64,000 nt of DNA, taken from assembly GCA_947085985.1 (NCBI GenBank), contig CAMTYL010000003.1:234108-298107 (forward strand). Reading direction: 5' to 3'. A program made the translations under genes and the position numbers. This DNA comes from an uncultured bacterium. Lineage in GTDB: Bacteria > Patescibacteriota > Minisyncoccia > Phycocordibacterales > Phycocordibacteraceae. Below, piece by piece: positions 1 through 9,788 of the stretch (position 1 is its first letter; every line of letters begins with the position of its first letter). The notes beneath the pieces are model-generated. The model was not told the DNA's origin and did no database searches. It saw nothing but the letters and a program-made list of their open reading frames with translations.

Positions 1-501
1 GATGAGCGTTGCGTTTGGAGGAATAACTCCCCCAGCGCCCTGGGAACCATATCCCATATCAGGTGGAATAATGAGCTGGCGTGTACCGCCCACTTTCATA
101 CCTGCAAATCCCTGGTCCCAGCCCGCGATGACCTGCCCTGCACCAAGAGTAAATGTGAATGGCTGACCGCGCTTCTTAGAGCCATCAAAGACGGTCCCGT
201 CTGGCAACATGCCGAGGTAGTGCACGGTAATAGTCTTACCAGCGACCGCTTCTGCTCCTGTTCCTACTACCTTATCTCCAATGGTGAGTGTGGTAGGAAG
301 TTCCTGTGGAAGCGTATCCATTAAGTTCTCTTGATTCATAGATTCTTGTTCTTGGGTGCTAAAACTTGTAGGTGCGAACTCGGGCTCTCCTAGTGCCGAG
401 GTAGGTGCAAAGTATCCAAGGAGTGCGTTCCCGAAGAACAGGAACCCTCCCACGACTACAATAGCTACCGCAACGGCAATTCCTGTACCTGTGACATTCA
501 T
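1..501 (-). CDS. FKBP-type peptidyl-prolyl cis-trans isomerase with N-terminal TM anchor (3' end runs off window)
   Basis: Manual translation from ATG at 501 gives MNVTGTGIAVAV...TITVHYLGMLPDGTVFDGS...FTFTLGAGQVIAGWDQG...RQLIIPPDMGYG, the classic FKBP motifs. Confidence 0.92.
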   Translation of the reverse strand, partial: MNVTGTGIAVAVAIVVVGGFLFFGNALLGYFAPTSALGEPEFAPTSFSTQEQESMNQENLMDTLPQELPTTLTIGDKVVGTGAEAVAGKTITVHYLGMLPDGTVFDGSKKRGQPFTFTLGAGQVIAGWDQGFAGMKVGGTRQLIIPPDMGYGSQGAGGVIPPNATLI

Positions 502-527
502 ACCAGTCTTGCTATGGGTGAATAGGA

Positions 528-836
528 TTAATCGGTGTCCGACACCGCTAGTATATCATCAGCAATAGAAGCCACTGCCTCTTCAATTGCCTTCTCGGCC
601 CCGGGTACTTTTTCAGCGAGAAACTTCTCTAACTCTTCCTCACTTGCCTCGTTTTCCATGAGCGTAGCGAACTCTTCACGTGTCTTTTCGTCCATACTCT
701 CAATCATGCGCACGAGAGAGCTCTTGAATATGGCGGAATTTAGGTCCGTGAGCAGCTCATCCTGTTCCTCGCCCGGCGCTAGTTCGTCTAGCTCTAGCGC
801 TTCTATAAGTCGTTGGAATTTTGTAGTGTCAGTCAT
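528..836 (-). CDS. Small acidic helical hypothetical protein
   Basis: 102-aa ORF co-oriented with neighbours; no recognisable motif. Confidence 0.7.
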   Translation of the reverse strand: MTDTTKFQRLIEALELDELAPGEEQDELLTDLNSAIFKSSLVRMIESMDEKTREEFATLMENEASEEELEKFLAEKVPGAEKAIEEAVASIADDILAVSDTD

Positions 837-845
837 GGTTGAATC

Positions 846-3800
846 TTAGCGTCTCGTAGGTAGAGTGAATTTGGATGCATCCGGAAGATCGGGTATCTTG
901 ACTCCTGCCTCAGGGCCCGCGATTTGTGGATCTGAGCCTGGAGTGGTGTACACCATCTTCACAGCAAAGAATGGCACCCCGAGTTCATTAACTTGCTTTG
1001 CGACAAAATAAACGTTTGTGAGTGATGAGTCAGAACTTGCTCCAGGTGCCATTGCCAATTCTTTGGATAGCATCGCTGCCCTGTTGAAACTGTCTTCAGT
1101 AGAAGTACCCATGGCCCAATACCGATTCTCGTTCACGAGAATCTGAGGCTTGTTCAAGTCCACACCGTTCGGATTCATGAGTGGTCCAGCGTCTGGCTGT
1201 GCAAATGGGTGCATGGCTCCACCTACCACTTCAGCCGCCGGCGCTTGTTCAGGCGCAGGTGCTGGCGCCCTTGGAGCTTCAGTTGGAGCTTTCGGTGCCT
1301 CTGTCGGTGCTGGCTCAGTCGCTGGCGCCTTTGGTGCTGCTACTTCTTCCGGAGGGGTGGTGTTTAGGTCCGCAGGCACGCTAAGTCCTGGCTGCAGCTC
1401 TACATTTTTCTCCACCGTCACACCTACTACACTCTGCTCTACCGTTATTGGCTGCGGAGCTTCCGTTGTGGCAGTGGTGACTGGTGTTTCAGTAGCTGCT
1501 CCTCCAACGGTCTGCCCCAGCGCCTTTGCTTGTGGAATTACATCTGCGCGCATTTCACCCTTGATATCATGTGCGTCATATCCAAGCGGATGCTCAGCAG
1601 AGACCGGTACATTTTCAAAGGCAAGTTGCGGCTTACCGCCCGCAGTCTGGTACCAGATATTCTGGTCGTTATCTACAATGAACTTATCACCAGGATGTAC
1701 GACGAGACTCTGTCCGTCCCTTGCCACCTGCAATTCACGCGTAAGCGCATTCGCATCAGTTTCTAACACGTGCTTAAGTGCAGCGGAAGGATTCTCTACG
1801 TCGTCAGGAATTTGTCCGCGGAGCGCAACAATCATTTCTCCAAACCCTTGCCCTGGCTTCACTACCGCCTCTGCCATAAGTCCGTCAGGAGCAGCTGGAG
1901 CTGCTTCTACCTTTGCAGCGGCGACAGGGGCAGCGTCAACCTTGCTCGCATCTACTGCTTTAGTGTCAGCGCCGGCGACTGTTTTTTCAGCGGGCGCCGC
2001 ATCTGTTTGCGCGCCAGTAGTAGGTGCACCCTTGTCTACTTCAACCTTTAGCGCACCTGCAGGCTCGGCGGCAGGCGCCGGAGCATCCTTTCCACCAAAT
2101 ACATCCTTTGCCTTATCTACTCCAGAATCAAATACATCACCAACCTTATCTGTACCCGCCTGTAACACATCGGCACCATTATCAGCAGCGTAGTGCGCCA
2201 CTTCTCCGTACAGAGCACCAGCACCTATACCGATTCCCGCACCTACTGTTGTAGACAGAGTAGTCTTGATTGAGTCCATTTGCTTGATAGAAGCATAGGC
2301 ACGGTCAAGGTCTTTAGTGAGAACTTGAAGCGCATCTTCGCTGCGTAAATCTCCAATGCTCATTGTGTTTCCACCGATGTTCCCTTGCGTATCTTTTCTG
2401 AGTATCGCAGCTTGCTTTCTGGCACGTGCCTCCTTTTGTGCCTTGCTCGTGACTAAACCAGTGAGAAATCCGCCGATACCACTAAACGTAGTGAATGCCG
2501 ATCTCTCCTGCAGGTTTGCTTGTGCCGCTCGCAGACGTGCTACCTCAGTAGCAGGACCCCCCGCTCTTTCTAGATCCTCCGCCTTGACGCGCTTGTCCTC
2601 AGCCATCCAGCGCATGGTAAGACCAGCCGATGCAGCCACAAGAACAGGAACCATCGCTATACCACCCGTTGCAAGCGTTCCTGCGGTAAGGGCTATTCCA
2701 GTGGCCGCACTACCAAACCCAACACCCAATGAAGAAGCGATGAGCATTGCCTTAGGGTGCTCCTTTAGCCATTTAGCACTTGCTTCTACAAAATTTCCGC
2801 TTCGCGCACCAAGTGCACTAGCGCGGACAGTCGCCTCCTCTTCCGCTGCCTTTATGGCGGCCTCCTTCACAATGTAGCGGCGCTGAAATCGCTCTAGAAC
2901 TTTCTCTGTATCACGACTCTTGCGCTCTTCAGTTCCGCGCTCCTCGCGTTGCAATTGCGCTGCTTCAAGACGGAAGCGAGCTTGTTCTGCACGAGCTTGC
3001 ACCCACTGACGCTTCAGGCTCTTAAGCGCCTCGTCTCCCTGGTTTTGTTCTGCCTTCTTAAGACCCAAACGCTCAGGCACGGCGTCTATCATGCTCCGCT
3101 TCAATTGAAATGCTTCAAGGGCTTTGAAGTATTCTTGCTTCCTGCCTTCCACTACACCCGCTAATTCCTTATCTCTTTCAACATACACCTCCCTTAGCTC
3201 TGATTTACGAACTTGACGCTCAAGCCTTGCTTTTGCGAGCTCAGGTGTGTCCTTATATGCTACAGCTTCAGTAGTAAGCGCCTCTTTTGTCACAGTATTC
3301 AACGCAGCAACAATCTCCGCGCGAGTAGCGTCCATTCCTGGCTCACCAGAAGGAGGACCATCATTACTTAACTGAAAGCCATCTACAGCAGAGCTGCCTG
3401 GCTTGTGGGGGACACGTCCTCTTTTCGTCTTTGCTGGACTTGAGACAGAGCCTGTCTCAACAGCAACGTCGGGGGAATCGCCCAGCCCTTCGGGAGCCGG
3501 CTCCGCTGATGGTTCTCCCGCGCCAGATTGATCTGTTTCAATGGCAGTAGGTACAGTTTCTGAAGTAACAGACTTCTTTTTTCCTCTCTGACGAATCAGC
3601 TCTCCTTTTGCTCCAGCGCTTGTTCCGCGACGGGTGCCACCACTTGTACCAGTCGCATCTGGAGCGGGAATCACTGTCGTCTCCTGTTCCACTCCAGCTC
3701 GACGAGCTATGTCAGAGGGACGCTCGTTCTGCGTATCCTCTTCCGCGACAATCCCACCTCGCGTCGCCATCTCCAATGCCTTTTCAATAGGTAAAGCACT

Positions 3801-4286
3801 ACCCACCCCTTGGAGTGATCTATTGAGTGAAGCAATACCAGCGTTTGCATCTGCGAGATCTCCAAACAAGGAGTCTTGCTCGCGAAGTTGTTGCCCAAGC
3901 ATACTCTTTCCGTTTTTGGCGTAGCGAGCATATGCCTTTCGAGAATCCTTAACGAGTGCAGCAAGCGCACTGCGCTCTGGCAGTGGGTTCCCACTTCTTT
4001 TGAGCTCAGTATCGATGCTATCAATCTGCTCGGCACACCGATCCAAATATGCATCCAATTCGGAGTGCTTAATTTTCCTGTCTAAAAAAGCTGCAAAGAT
4101 TGATTCTGCACGCGCCCAATCATTAGTAAACGTGTTAATTAGCGCTGATATGCGCTCACGCTCCTGACTGGCCTCAGGGGAGTTCCCTGCACCACCAGCA
4201 TCTTCAGCGCCCTCTTGAGTTATAGAAGCTACACTCTTTTTAGAGCCTGGTGGAAAATCGATGCCGCCTCCCATGCCTTTTGCCAT
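846..4286 (-). CDS. Large membrane-associated hypothetical protein (coiled coil, hydrophobic Gly/Ala helices, Pro/Ala-rich C-terminus)
   Basis: 1146-aa ORF; hydrophobic segments near aa 500-560 and 680-700; low-complexity PAPAPE tracts. Confidence 0.8.
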   Translation of the reverse strand: MAKGMGGGIDFPPGSKKSVASITQEGAEDAGGAGNSPEASQERERISALINTFTNDWARAESIFAAFLDRKIKHSELDAYLDRCAEQIDSIDTELKRSGNPLPERSALAALVKDSRKAYARYAKNGKSMLGQQLREQDSLFGDLADANAGIASLNRSLQGVGSALPIEKALEMATRGGIVAEEDTQNERPSDIARRAGVEQETTVIPAPDATGTSGGTRRGTSAGAKGELIRQRGKKKSVTSETVPTAIETDQSGAGEPSAEPAPEGLGDSPDVAVETGSVSSPAKTKRGRVPHKPGSSAVDGFQLSNDGPPSGEPGMDATRAEIVAALNTVTKEALTTEAVAYKDTPELAKARLERQVRKSELREVYVERDKELAGVVEGRKQEYFKALEAFQLKRSMIDAVPERLGLKKAEQNQGDEALKSLKRQWVQARAEQARFRLEAAQLQREERGTEERKSRDTEKVLERFQRRYIVKEAAIKAAEEEATVRASALGARSGNFVEASAKWLKEHPKAMLIASSLGVGFGSAATGIALTAGTLATGGIAMVPVLVAASAGLTMRWMAEDKRVKAEDLERAGGPATEVARLRAAQANLQERSAFTTFSGIGGFLTGLVTSKAQKEARARKQAAILRKDTQGNIGGNTMSIGDLRSEDALQVLTKDLDRAYASIKQMDSIKTTLSTTVGAGIGIGAGALYGEVAHYAADNGADVLQAGTDKVGDVFDSGVDKAKDVFGGKDAPAPAAEPAGALKVEVDKGAPTTGAQTDAAPAEKTVAGADTKAVDASKVDAAPVAAAKVEAAPAAPDGLMAEAVVKPGQGFGEMIVALRGQIPDDVENPSAALKHVLETDANALTRELQVARDGQSLVVHPGDKFIVDNDQNIWYQTAGGKPQLAFENVPVSAEHPLGYDAHDIKGEMRADVIPQAKALGQTVGGAATETPVTTATTEAPQPITVEQSVVGVTVEKNVELQPGLSVPADLNTTPPEEVAAPKAPATEPAPTEAPKAPTEAPRAPAPAPEQAPAAEVVGGAMHPFAQPDAGPLMNPNGVDLNKPQILVNENRYWAMGTSTEDSFNRAAMLSKELAMAPGASSDSSLTNVYFVAKQVNELGVPFFAVKMVYTTPGSDPQIAGPEAGVKIPDLPDASKFTLPTRR

Positions 4287-4297
4287 ACGCTAAATAG

Positions 4298-7039
4298 TTA
4301 TGATAAATATCGCTCCCTGATTATACCTTCAACGGTAGCACGGTCTCGCCCGTAGGTCAGGAACGACAACTGCCTAAGGTCGTCTACCTGGTCTGGGTTC
4401 CCTGGCTGCAGTGGCACGGTCTTCATATTGAACGGCTTCTGCGGTACGCCATTTGCAAGCATGCGCACATACGCGTTACGGTTTTCAATATTCACAAAGT
4501 CATGTGCAGTAAATACTGGCGCAAATTGCTTGGCAAAAAACTCGGCATCTTCCTCGCCCACACGGAATACCGCCATATTACCCACGTTGCCAAACACCGC
4601 ACCGCGAATCTTCTCGTCCACCTGCGCGAGGTACTGGTGGGCAATCGTAAGCGAGAGCTTGTATTTACGGGCTTCAGAGAGAATGCCTGGAATGGAGGAC
4701 GTGGTGATGTTCTGGAACTCATCAATGTAGAGGTAGAAAGGAGGGAAGTTCTTCCCCACAGAATCAGCACGCGAAAGCGCCGCCATGAAGAGTTTGCCCA
4801 CAATGATAAGCCCGAGCAGGTTTGCGTTGCGCTCTCCCAGGCGACCCTTGGATAGGTTCACCAGTAGAATCTTCTTGTTATCAATGACCTCGCGGAACTT
4901 AAACGAAGATTCCTGCTGCCCAATGATTGGGCGCATAAAGTCGTTTGACGTGAACTCATCAATTTTGTTGGTGATGTAGGGCACCAAATTTTGCAGTGAT
5001 GCTTCGCCCTCTGTTTTAGTCGCAATCTCATTCCAGAACTGGTTAACCACTGCGTTGTTGCTACGAGAGAGCTTTAGATTTCTGAAGGCGGCATTAGACA
5101 TAACGCGTCCAATATCCATGAGCGTAGAACCTGAGGAAGGGTCCTCCATCACAAGCTGCGTCGCGTTTGTGAAATACTGCACAAACATTGGCCCCATAGA
5201 CTCGGGCACGTCTCCATAGAGTTGCTGGAATATAGCCAACATCTCGTTCACAATGAACGACTTTTGCTCAGGGCGTGCTGGATCATACTCCAACATGTTG
5301 AGTCCAAATGGTCGGTCAAGACTCGCTGGGTCAAAATAAATGACGTCCTCGTATCGCTCCGGAGGAATGCTTTCAAGTACTTCTATGACGTCGTTGCCGT
5401 GCGGGTCTATAAAACACACGCCGTTGCCTGCACGGATGTCCTGGTCAATAAGGGTGCGGAGCATTCCCGACTTACCTGCACCCGTCTGCCCGATGACATA
5501 GAGGTGGCGAAGCCGGTCTTCTGGAGAAATGCGTATTTCTGTTTCCACCCCCCTGTACGTATTGGTTCCCAGAATAGTACCTTCACTTGGTAGTCCTAGT
5601 GGAGGAGGAGCCACGGCTGCACGCGACTGCTTCAAGTGTGGAGACGACTCTATACCCTGTGGAGGGAAGTGGTAGAGGGTAGTGAGTTCACGAAGTGACA
5701 GCGGTACGTTGCTTGCCTTTTCATACAGACGGAAGGAAAAGTCGCGGAAGAATCGCTTCAGCCCGCTTTTGCCAGGACGCTTAAACTCAATACGGTTGCC
5801 CTTAGTATTCTCAAACTGATTGAAGGGTGCCTCTATTTCAGATAGCATTTGTTCCGCACGGTGCGCGTCCATGGACGAGGTCACGATGCGTATGTTTGTA
5901 GAAACAATCGGAGCAGCCATTTTCTTCTCCATCTGCTCAATAGCAGTTTCGTCCACAGGACGCTGTTCGGCATTGGTCTGTTTTGGGACAAACAGTCCTA
6001 CGGTCTCGCGCGCGAGGTCTCCGACAAACGTTTCAGGTAAACTAAATGCGCGTGCTCGATGCTCGCCCTTGCGGAGCTGATACAAAATACGACGATAGTG
6101 TTCCATGTATTTCTGGCCAGAGGGCTTAAATACAATCTGGAGTGACGCCCCTTCATCTTCGGGCGCAATTTTGGCAAACGCGTTTAAAAGCGCATTGATT
6201 GGGTCGGCATCAAAATCCTGGTAATCCTTTAGCGGAAGCATCGGCTTATCTTTTAGTTCAGCCACTGACCCAACAGCAGAACCTCCATCTACAAATACGT
6301 TGTAGTCGTTTGGCTGAACGACCGCGATGGCATCTGGGAAAATTGCGTGGAGCTGCTTCTCAAACAGGTCACGTCGTGAATTTGGAATAGCAGCATAAAA
6401 CATAAGGTGCGTGCGGTCCACGGGCACGGCCAACTCAAGGGTCATGTAGGACAACTCCCCCGCGTGGGCACTCTCTAGTCCGAGCATGCCTGAATAAAAC
6501 TGCTCCATACTAGAAACAAGCTCGCGCAGTGGGCGCATACGACCGCTTCCATCGTCTCCCTTGTGCTCTGGAAGGGATATTTCATACAGCGTCATGTGGA
6601 GCGCCTTCCATTCCGGCTGACTCTCACTAATCCCTCGCAGAGGCATGCCAGCAAGAAGGTACTGCACCAGGAAGCGGTGGAAGTCGTCGTCTAAGTGAGG
6701 GCTTCCTACTTTATCTAGAACAGCCATCGCGTTTCGCACACCCTTCGTTTCCATAATGCCCCGCAACTCTTCAATGCTGGAGTCGGTGCTTGCTGGGTCT
6801 AAGTTTAGTGAGAGCTTTCGTGCAGCATTCTCAGCGTCTGCAACCGGCATGGCGTAGCTGGGGTGAAATGCCTCATCAGGGGTTGCTATGCGGTGGTGCA
6901 CAATACGTTCCCGTGCGATTTCCGTCCGCGGTTTTTCTACTCGCAGCGTTGCGAGCTCCTGCTCTTTTACGGCAATTTGTGCACGCAGATACGCGAGCTC
7001 CTCCTCGGGAGAGGTTAATGGCTGTACAGGCCCTTCCAT
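4298..7039 (-). CDS. VirD4/TraD/TrwB-like coupling-protein family ATPase (HerA/FtsK superfamily)
   Basis: Walker A HLYVIGQTGAGKS, FIDPHG, Walker B LYIDEFQN, LSEARKY, AHQYLAQ. Confidence 0.88.
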   Translation of the reverse strand: MEGPVQPLTSPEEELAYLRAQIAVKEQELATLRVEKPRTEIARERIVHHRIATPDEAFHPSYAMPVADAENAARKLSLNLDPASTDSSIEELRGIMETKGVRNAMAVLDKVGSPHLDDDFHRFLVQYLLAGMPLRGISESQPEWKALHMTLYEISLPEHKGDDGSGRMRPLRELVSSMEQFYSGMLGLESAHAGELSYMTLELAVPVDRTHLMFYAAIPNSRRDLFEKQLHAIFPDAIAVVQPNDYNVFVDGGSAVGSVAELKDKPMLPLKDYQDFDADPINALLNAFAKIAPEDEGASLQIVFKPSGQKYMEHYRRILYQLRKGEHRARAFSLPETFVGDLARETVGLFVPKQTNAEQRPVDETAIEQMEKKMAAPIVSTNIRIVTSSMDAHRAEQMLSEIEAPFNQFENTKGNRIEFKRPGKSGLKRFFRDFSFRLYEKASNVPLSLRELTTLYHFPPQGIESSPHLKQSRAAVAPPPLGLPSEGTILGTNTYRGVETEIRISPEDRLRHLYVIGQTGAGKSGMLRTLIDQDIRAGNGVCFIDPHGNDVIEVLESIPPERYEDVIYFDPASLDRPFGLNMLEYDPARPEQKSFIVNEMLAIFQQLYGDVPESMGPMFVQYFTNATQLVMEDPSSGSTLMDIGRVMSNAAFRNLKLSRSNNAVVNQFWNEIATKTEGEASLQNLVPYITNKIDEFTSNDFMRPIIGQQESSFKFREVIDNKKILLVNLSKGRLGERNANLLGLIIVGKLFMAALSRADSVGKNFPPFYLYIDEFQNITTSSIPGILSEARKYKLSLTIAHQYLAQVDEKIRGAVFGNVGNMAVFRVGEEDAEFFAKQFAPVFTAHDFVNIENRNAYVRMLANGVPQKPFNMKTVPLQPGNPDQVDDLRQLSFLTYGRDRATVEGIIRERYLS

Positions 7040-7096
7040 ACTCTCTAGTATACGGCACTACTGCACGCATTCTGTCTCTACCCTGTAGAGAGCGCC

Positions 7097-7435
7097 CTAG
7101 TCTGTCTTGCGAATGATGATGTGGAAGAAGGCGTTGATGAGTGAGAGCACAATAGAGAAGAAGAGCGCGCCCCAGAATCCTCCCACAGAGAAGTCTGGCA
7201 CAATCGCGGCTGCCAAAAGCACTAGCAGTGCGTTAATCACCAGTGAAAACAGTCCCAGCGTCAAAATTGTGATAGGGAGCGTAAGAATAGCAATCACCGG
7301 CTTTACAAAGAGGTTCAGCACACCGAGCACCACCGCAAGAATAACCGCGCCAAGCAGGGTGACGTCGGTGTTAGGCACAATGTACCCAGCAATCAGTATT
7401 GCAACGACTGAGACGAAGAAATGTACGATGTTCAT
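7097..7435 (-). CDS. Phage holin family (YvlD-like) 4-TM membrane protein
   Basis: LN.FVKP...LTLPITILTLGLF.LVINA motif typical of this family. Confidence 0.85.
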   Translation of the reverse strand: MNIVHFFVSVVAILIAGYIVPNTDVTLLGAVILAVVLGVLNLFVKPVIAILTLPITILTLGLFSLVINALLVLLAAAIVPDFSVGGFWGALFFSIVLSLINAFFHIIIRKTD

Positions 7436-7446
7436 GATGGGTACGG

Positions 7447-8130
7447 TTATGGTGTTACGAATGTAAATGTCGCAATAATTCTAGCAAGCTTGGCGTATTC
7501 CTCGTCCAGTACTGCCTGCGGAATGTCGCGGTCACTCGCAGCCTCGCGGTAGTTAGAACCAACGGCTAGCTTCTCTATCGCAAAGCAGGTGTTTTGGTGC
7601 ACCGTGCGATATGAAATGCCCCGCACGTACTGTTGCATGCCGGCGTTCTCAAACGAGTACGCCTTCCAGGTGGTGCCACCCATAACAATTTCAGTCAGCT
7701 CAATCTCTCCCTGGTCAGCTGCTGCGAAAAGGCATTCCTTCACTTCTTTACTATCCTTGCTGGCACCAATGCGAATAAGCGCGTCAAAATAGCGAGGGTA
7801 GCTATCTTTGCTCTCGGTAGAATATGTAGTGAACGACACGATAGGAGTGCCGACAGTCTCTGTGCCCGCCGCTACACGCCATAGTGCTGGCAGATGGTAC
7901 CCTGCAGCAAATGTCTCCGACACCACTGCCGACTCGGGGTACTGCAACATAAAGCCGTAGTCTCCGCTAATGTATATAGCGTCGCCTGGAGTCATAGGGA
8001 TATTATCCTCTTCGGTGCCAAACGAGTCAGCGAGCCGTTGACTTGAATCAACTAAATACCACGCCGCCCCGAGCGCGATAGCCACAAGCACAGTCGTAAG
8101 TAGTGTAATGATGAGTGTTCCGCGCTTCAT
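7447..8130 (-). CDS. Hypothetical exported/membrane-anchored protein
   Basis: 227-aa ORF with N-terminal TM helix; TATACT 7 nt upstream of ATG. Confidence 0.75.
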   Translation of the reverse strand: MKRGTLIITLLTTVLVAIALGAAWYLVDSSQRLADSFGTEEDNIPMTPGDAIYISGDYGFMLQYPESAVVSETFAAGYHLPALWRVAAGTETVGTPIVSFTTYSTESKDSYPRYFDALIRIGASKDSKEVKECLFAAADQGEIELTEIVMGGTTWKAYSFENAGMQQYVRGISYRTVHQNTCFAIEKLAVGSNYREAASDRDIPQAVLDEEYAKLARIIATFTFVTP

Positions 8131-8196
8131 ATATAAAAGTATAGTCTAGAGAACGCTGTCCCCACAGAACTATGTGACGGACAGCGAGCTGTTGTA

Positions 8197-9768
8197 TTAC
8201 GCGCAGGCCAGGTGAAGCTGACGCACTACATATTCGCGAGGCAAAACCGAGAGAAACCAGCCCGCCTTTGGACCAGAATCCCTATCCAGAAACACACGAT
8301 AGAGAGCCTGGAATAACTCTTTGGGAGCAATAGGTACCTCTGTCTTTAGTTGATGCAGTTTCTCGTGGAGCTCTTCACCAGTGCGCTCACCCTCCCCCAG
8401 AAACTGCGCCAGTGCGCCTAGTGCTGTCTTTTGTACCGCAGACAACTCCAGTCCACTTGGCAGCTCTTGCTGCAGACGGTACTGATGAGCCAGAGGCGCG
8501 TAGGTAGATAACCAGTACAGAGCATAGGTCTCACGCTCTTCTAGCACTCGTACTTCTTCCTTGGTGAGAGCTTCTCCCTTTATTCGCGCGGCTTCCTCAA
8601 GCAGTGATACATGGGGCATCTGCGCTATGAAAGCTACCTGCGAAAATCGCAGTATCCATGGTGCCACGTTATCCGCGCGCTCGTTTGGCAATTGCGTGTA
8701 CGCGTACAATCGGGTAAAATCATCCGCGACACCCGTTCGCACCAACTCCGACAAGTCGTCGTGCCAGTCATACATCCGCGGTACCGAGTCCCCTTCGGGG
8801 TCAACATCCACTTGCTGATTTATGTCCTTGCCAATAAGGGCGAGTCTAAACACCGCTGGAGGGAACAGATCACTCATATCGCGCGCAGAAGAGCCGCGAC
8901 CCTTTGAGGAAGACATTTTTTTGCCACCGACGAGAAAGAACTCATATGGCACGTCAAATGGTGGCTCGTAGTTGAACAATTCGCGTGCAATGTGCGCTGC
9001 GGCGTCGCGTGACCCGCCTTTGGTAGAGTGGTCCTTGCCAGCTCCTTCAATATCTACCTGTTGCACCATCCACTTTGCGGCCCAGTCCGCCTTCCAGAAC
9101 AACTTGGACGCCCCCTTCCAAGGAGCGATACGTCCCGTGTGTCCACACGGGACCGTTCCATCTGGACCCTTGTCGCACGCGTAGCCCACTGTTTCTCCAT
9201 CAAAATCAAACGCCCGCGTTGTCATCATCTTTCCACACGCCTCACACACCACCGACACCGGTAGCCACGACTCGTCCTTCACACTTCCAGATACTTCCTT
9301 CAAAATACGGCGCACATCAGCTGCGCGGGTAAGCACGGTTCGGATACAGTCGTCCATTTTTCCAGACTGGTAGAGCTCGGTTGCGCGGTAGTACGTAGGA
9401 GTAAAGCCTGACTTTTGGTGCACTGCTACAAACTCAGCACCAAAGTATTCCGCATAGTTATCGTATCCAGGAACGGGAGAAGGCACAGTGTACAGCGGCT
9501 TCCCTAAGTGTTCAGTGAACACTGCCTCGTCTAAGTAGCCGGGAATGCTATCAAAAGGGTCAAAATCATTTAACTCGTACCGGTACTCGCTTTCTACTCC
9601 GCGTGCTGCGAGCGCCTCGTGAACAAGTCCGTGAATGGCAACTCCCCGCATACTACCAACATGAACCCTTCCTGAAAGGGTCTTCTCGTCACGAATGAGA
9701 AATGTCTTTCCGTCCCGCGGAGTGCGGGTGCGAATAATGTCGTCAGCAATGCGGTCTGCCCAGAACAT
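8197..9768 (-). CDS. lysS: Lysine--tRNA ligase, class I
   Basis: MFWAD start, SGRVHVGS (HIGH-like), CxxC, GKDH, KMSSSKG (KMSKS-like). Confidence 0.95.
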   Translation of the reverse strand: MFWADRIADDIIRTRTPRDGKTFLIRDEKTLSGRVHVGSMRGVAIHGLVHEALAARGVESEYRYELNDFDPFDSIPGYLDEAVFTEHLGKPLYTVPSPVPGYDNYAEYFGAEFVAVHQKSGFTPTYYRATELYQSGKMDDCIRTVLTRAADVRRILKEVSGSVKDESWLPVSVVCEACGKMMTTRAFDFDGETVGYACDKGPDGTVPCGHTGRIAPWKGASKLFWKADWAAKWMVQQVDIEGAGKDHSTKGGSRDAAAHIARELFNYEPPFDVPYEFFLVGGKKMSSSKGRGSSARDMSDLFPPAVFRLALIGKDINQQVDVDPEGDSVPRMYDWHDDLSELVRTGVADDFTRLYAYTQLPNERADNVAPWILRFSQVAFIAQMPHVSLLEEAARIKGEALTKEEVRVLEERETYALYWLSTYAPLAHQYRLQQELPSGLELSAVQKTALGALAQFLGEGERTGEELHEKLHQLKTEVPIAPKELFQALYRVFLDRDSGPKAGWFLSVLPREYVVRQLHLACA

Positions 9769-9788
9769 GGGGCTATCCTACCACGAGA

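Noticed and set aside
1150-2193. 347-aa plus-strand ORF, and similar long antisense ORFs at 9844-10581, 14461-15270, 24655-25518, 25534-26286 and 42312-43061
   Set aside because: Shadow frames opposite well-supported genes, with no motifs of their own.
7097-7435. Prophage suggested by the holin-family gene
   Set aside because: No phage structural, terminase or integrase genes. This family is common in non-phage contexts.
8197-9768. Class I LysRS and N-terminally short IF2 (51588-53069) as novelties
   Set aside because: Both are known variants in bacteria with reduced genomes, so they are useful for taxonomy only.
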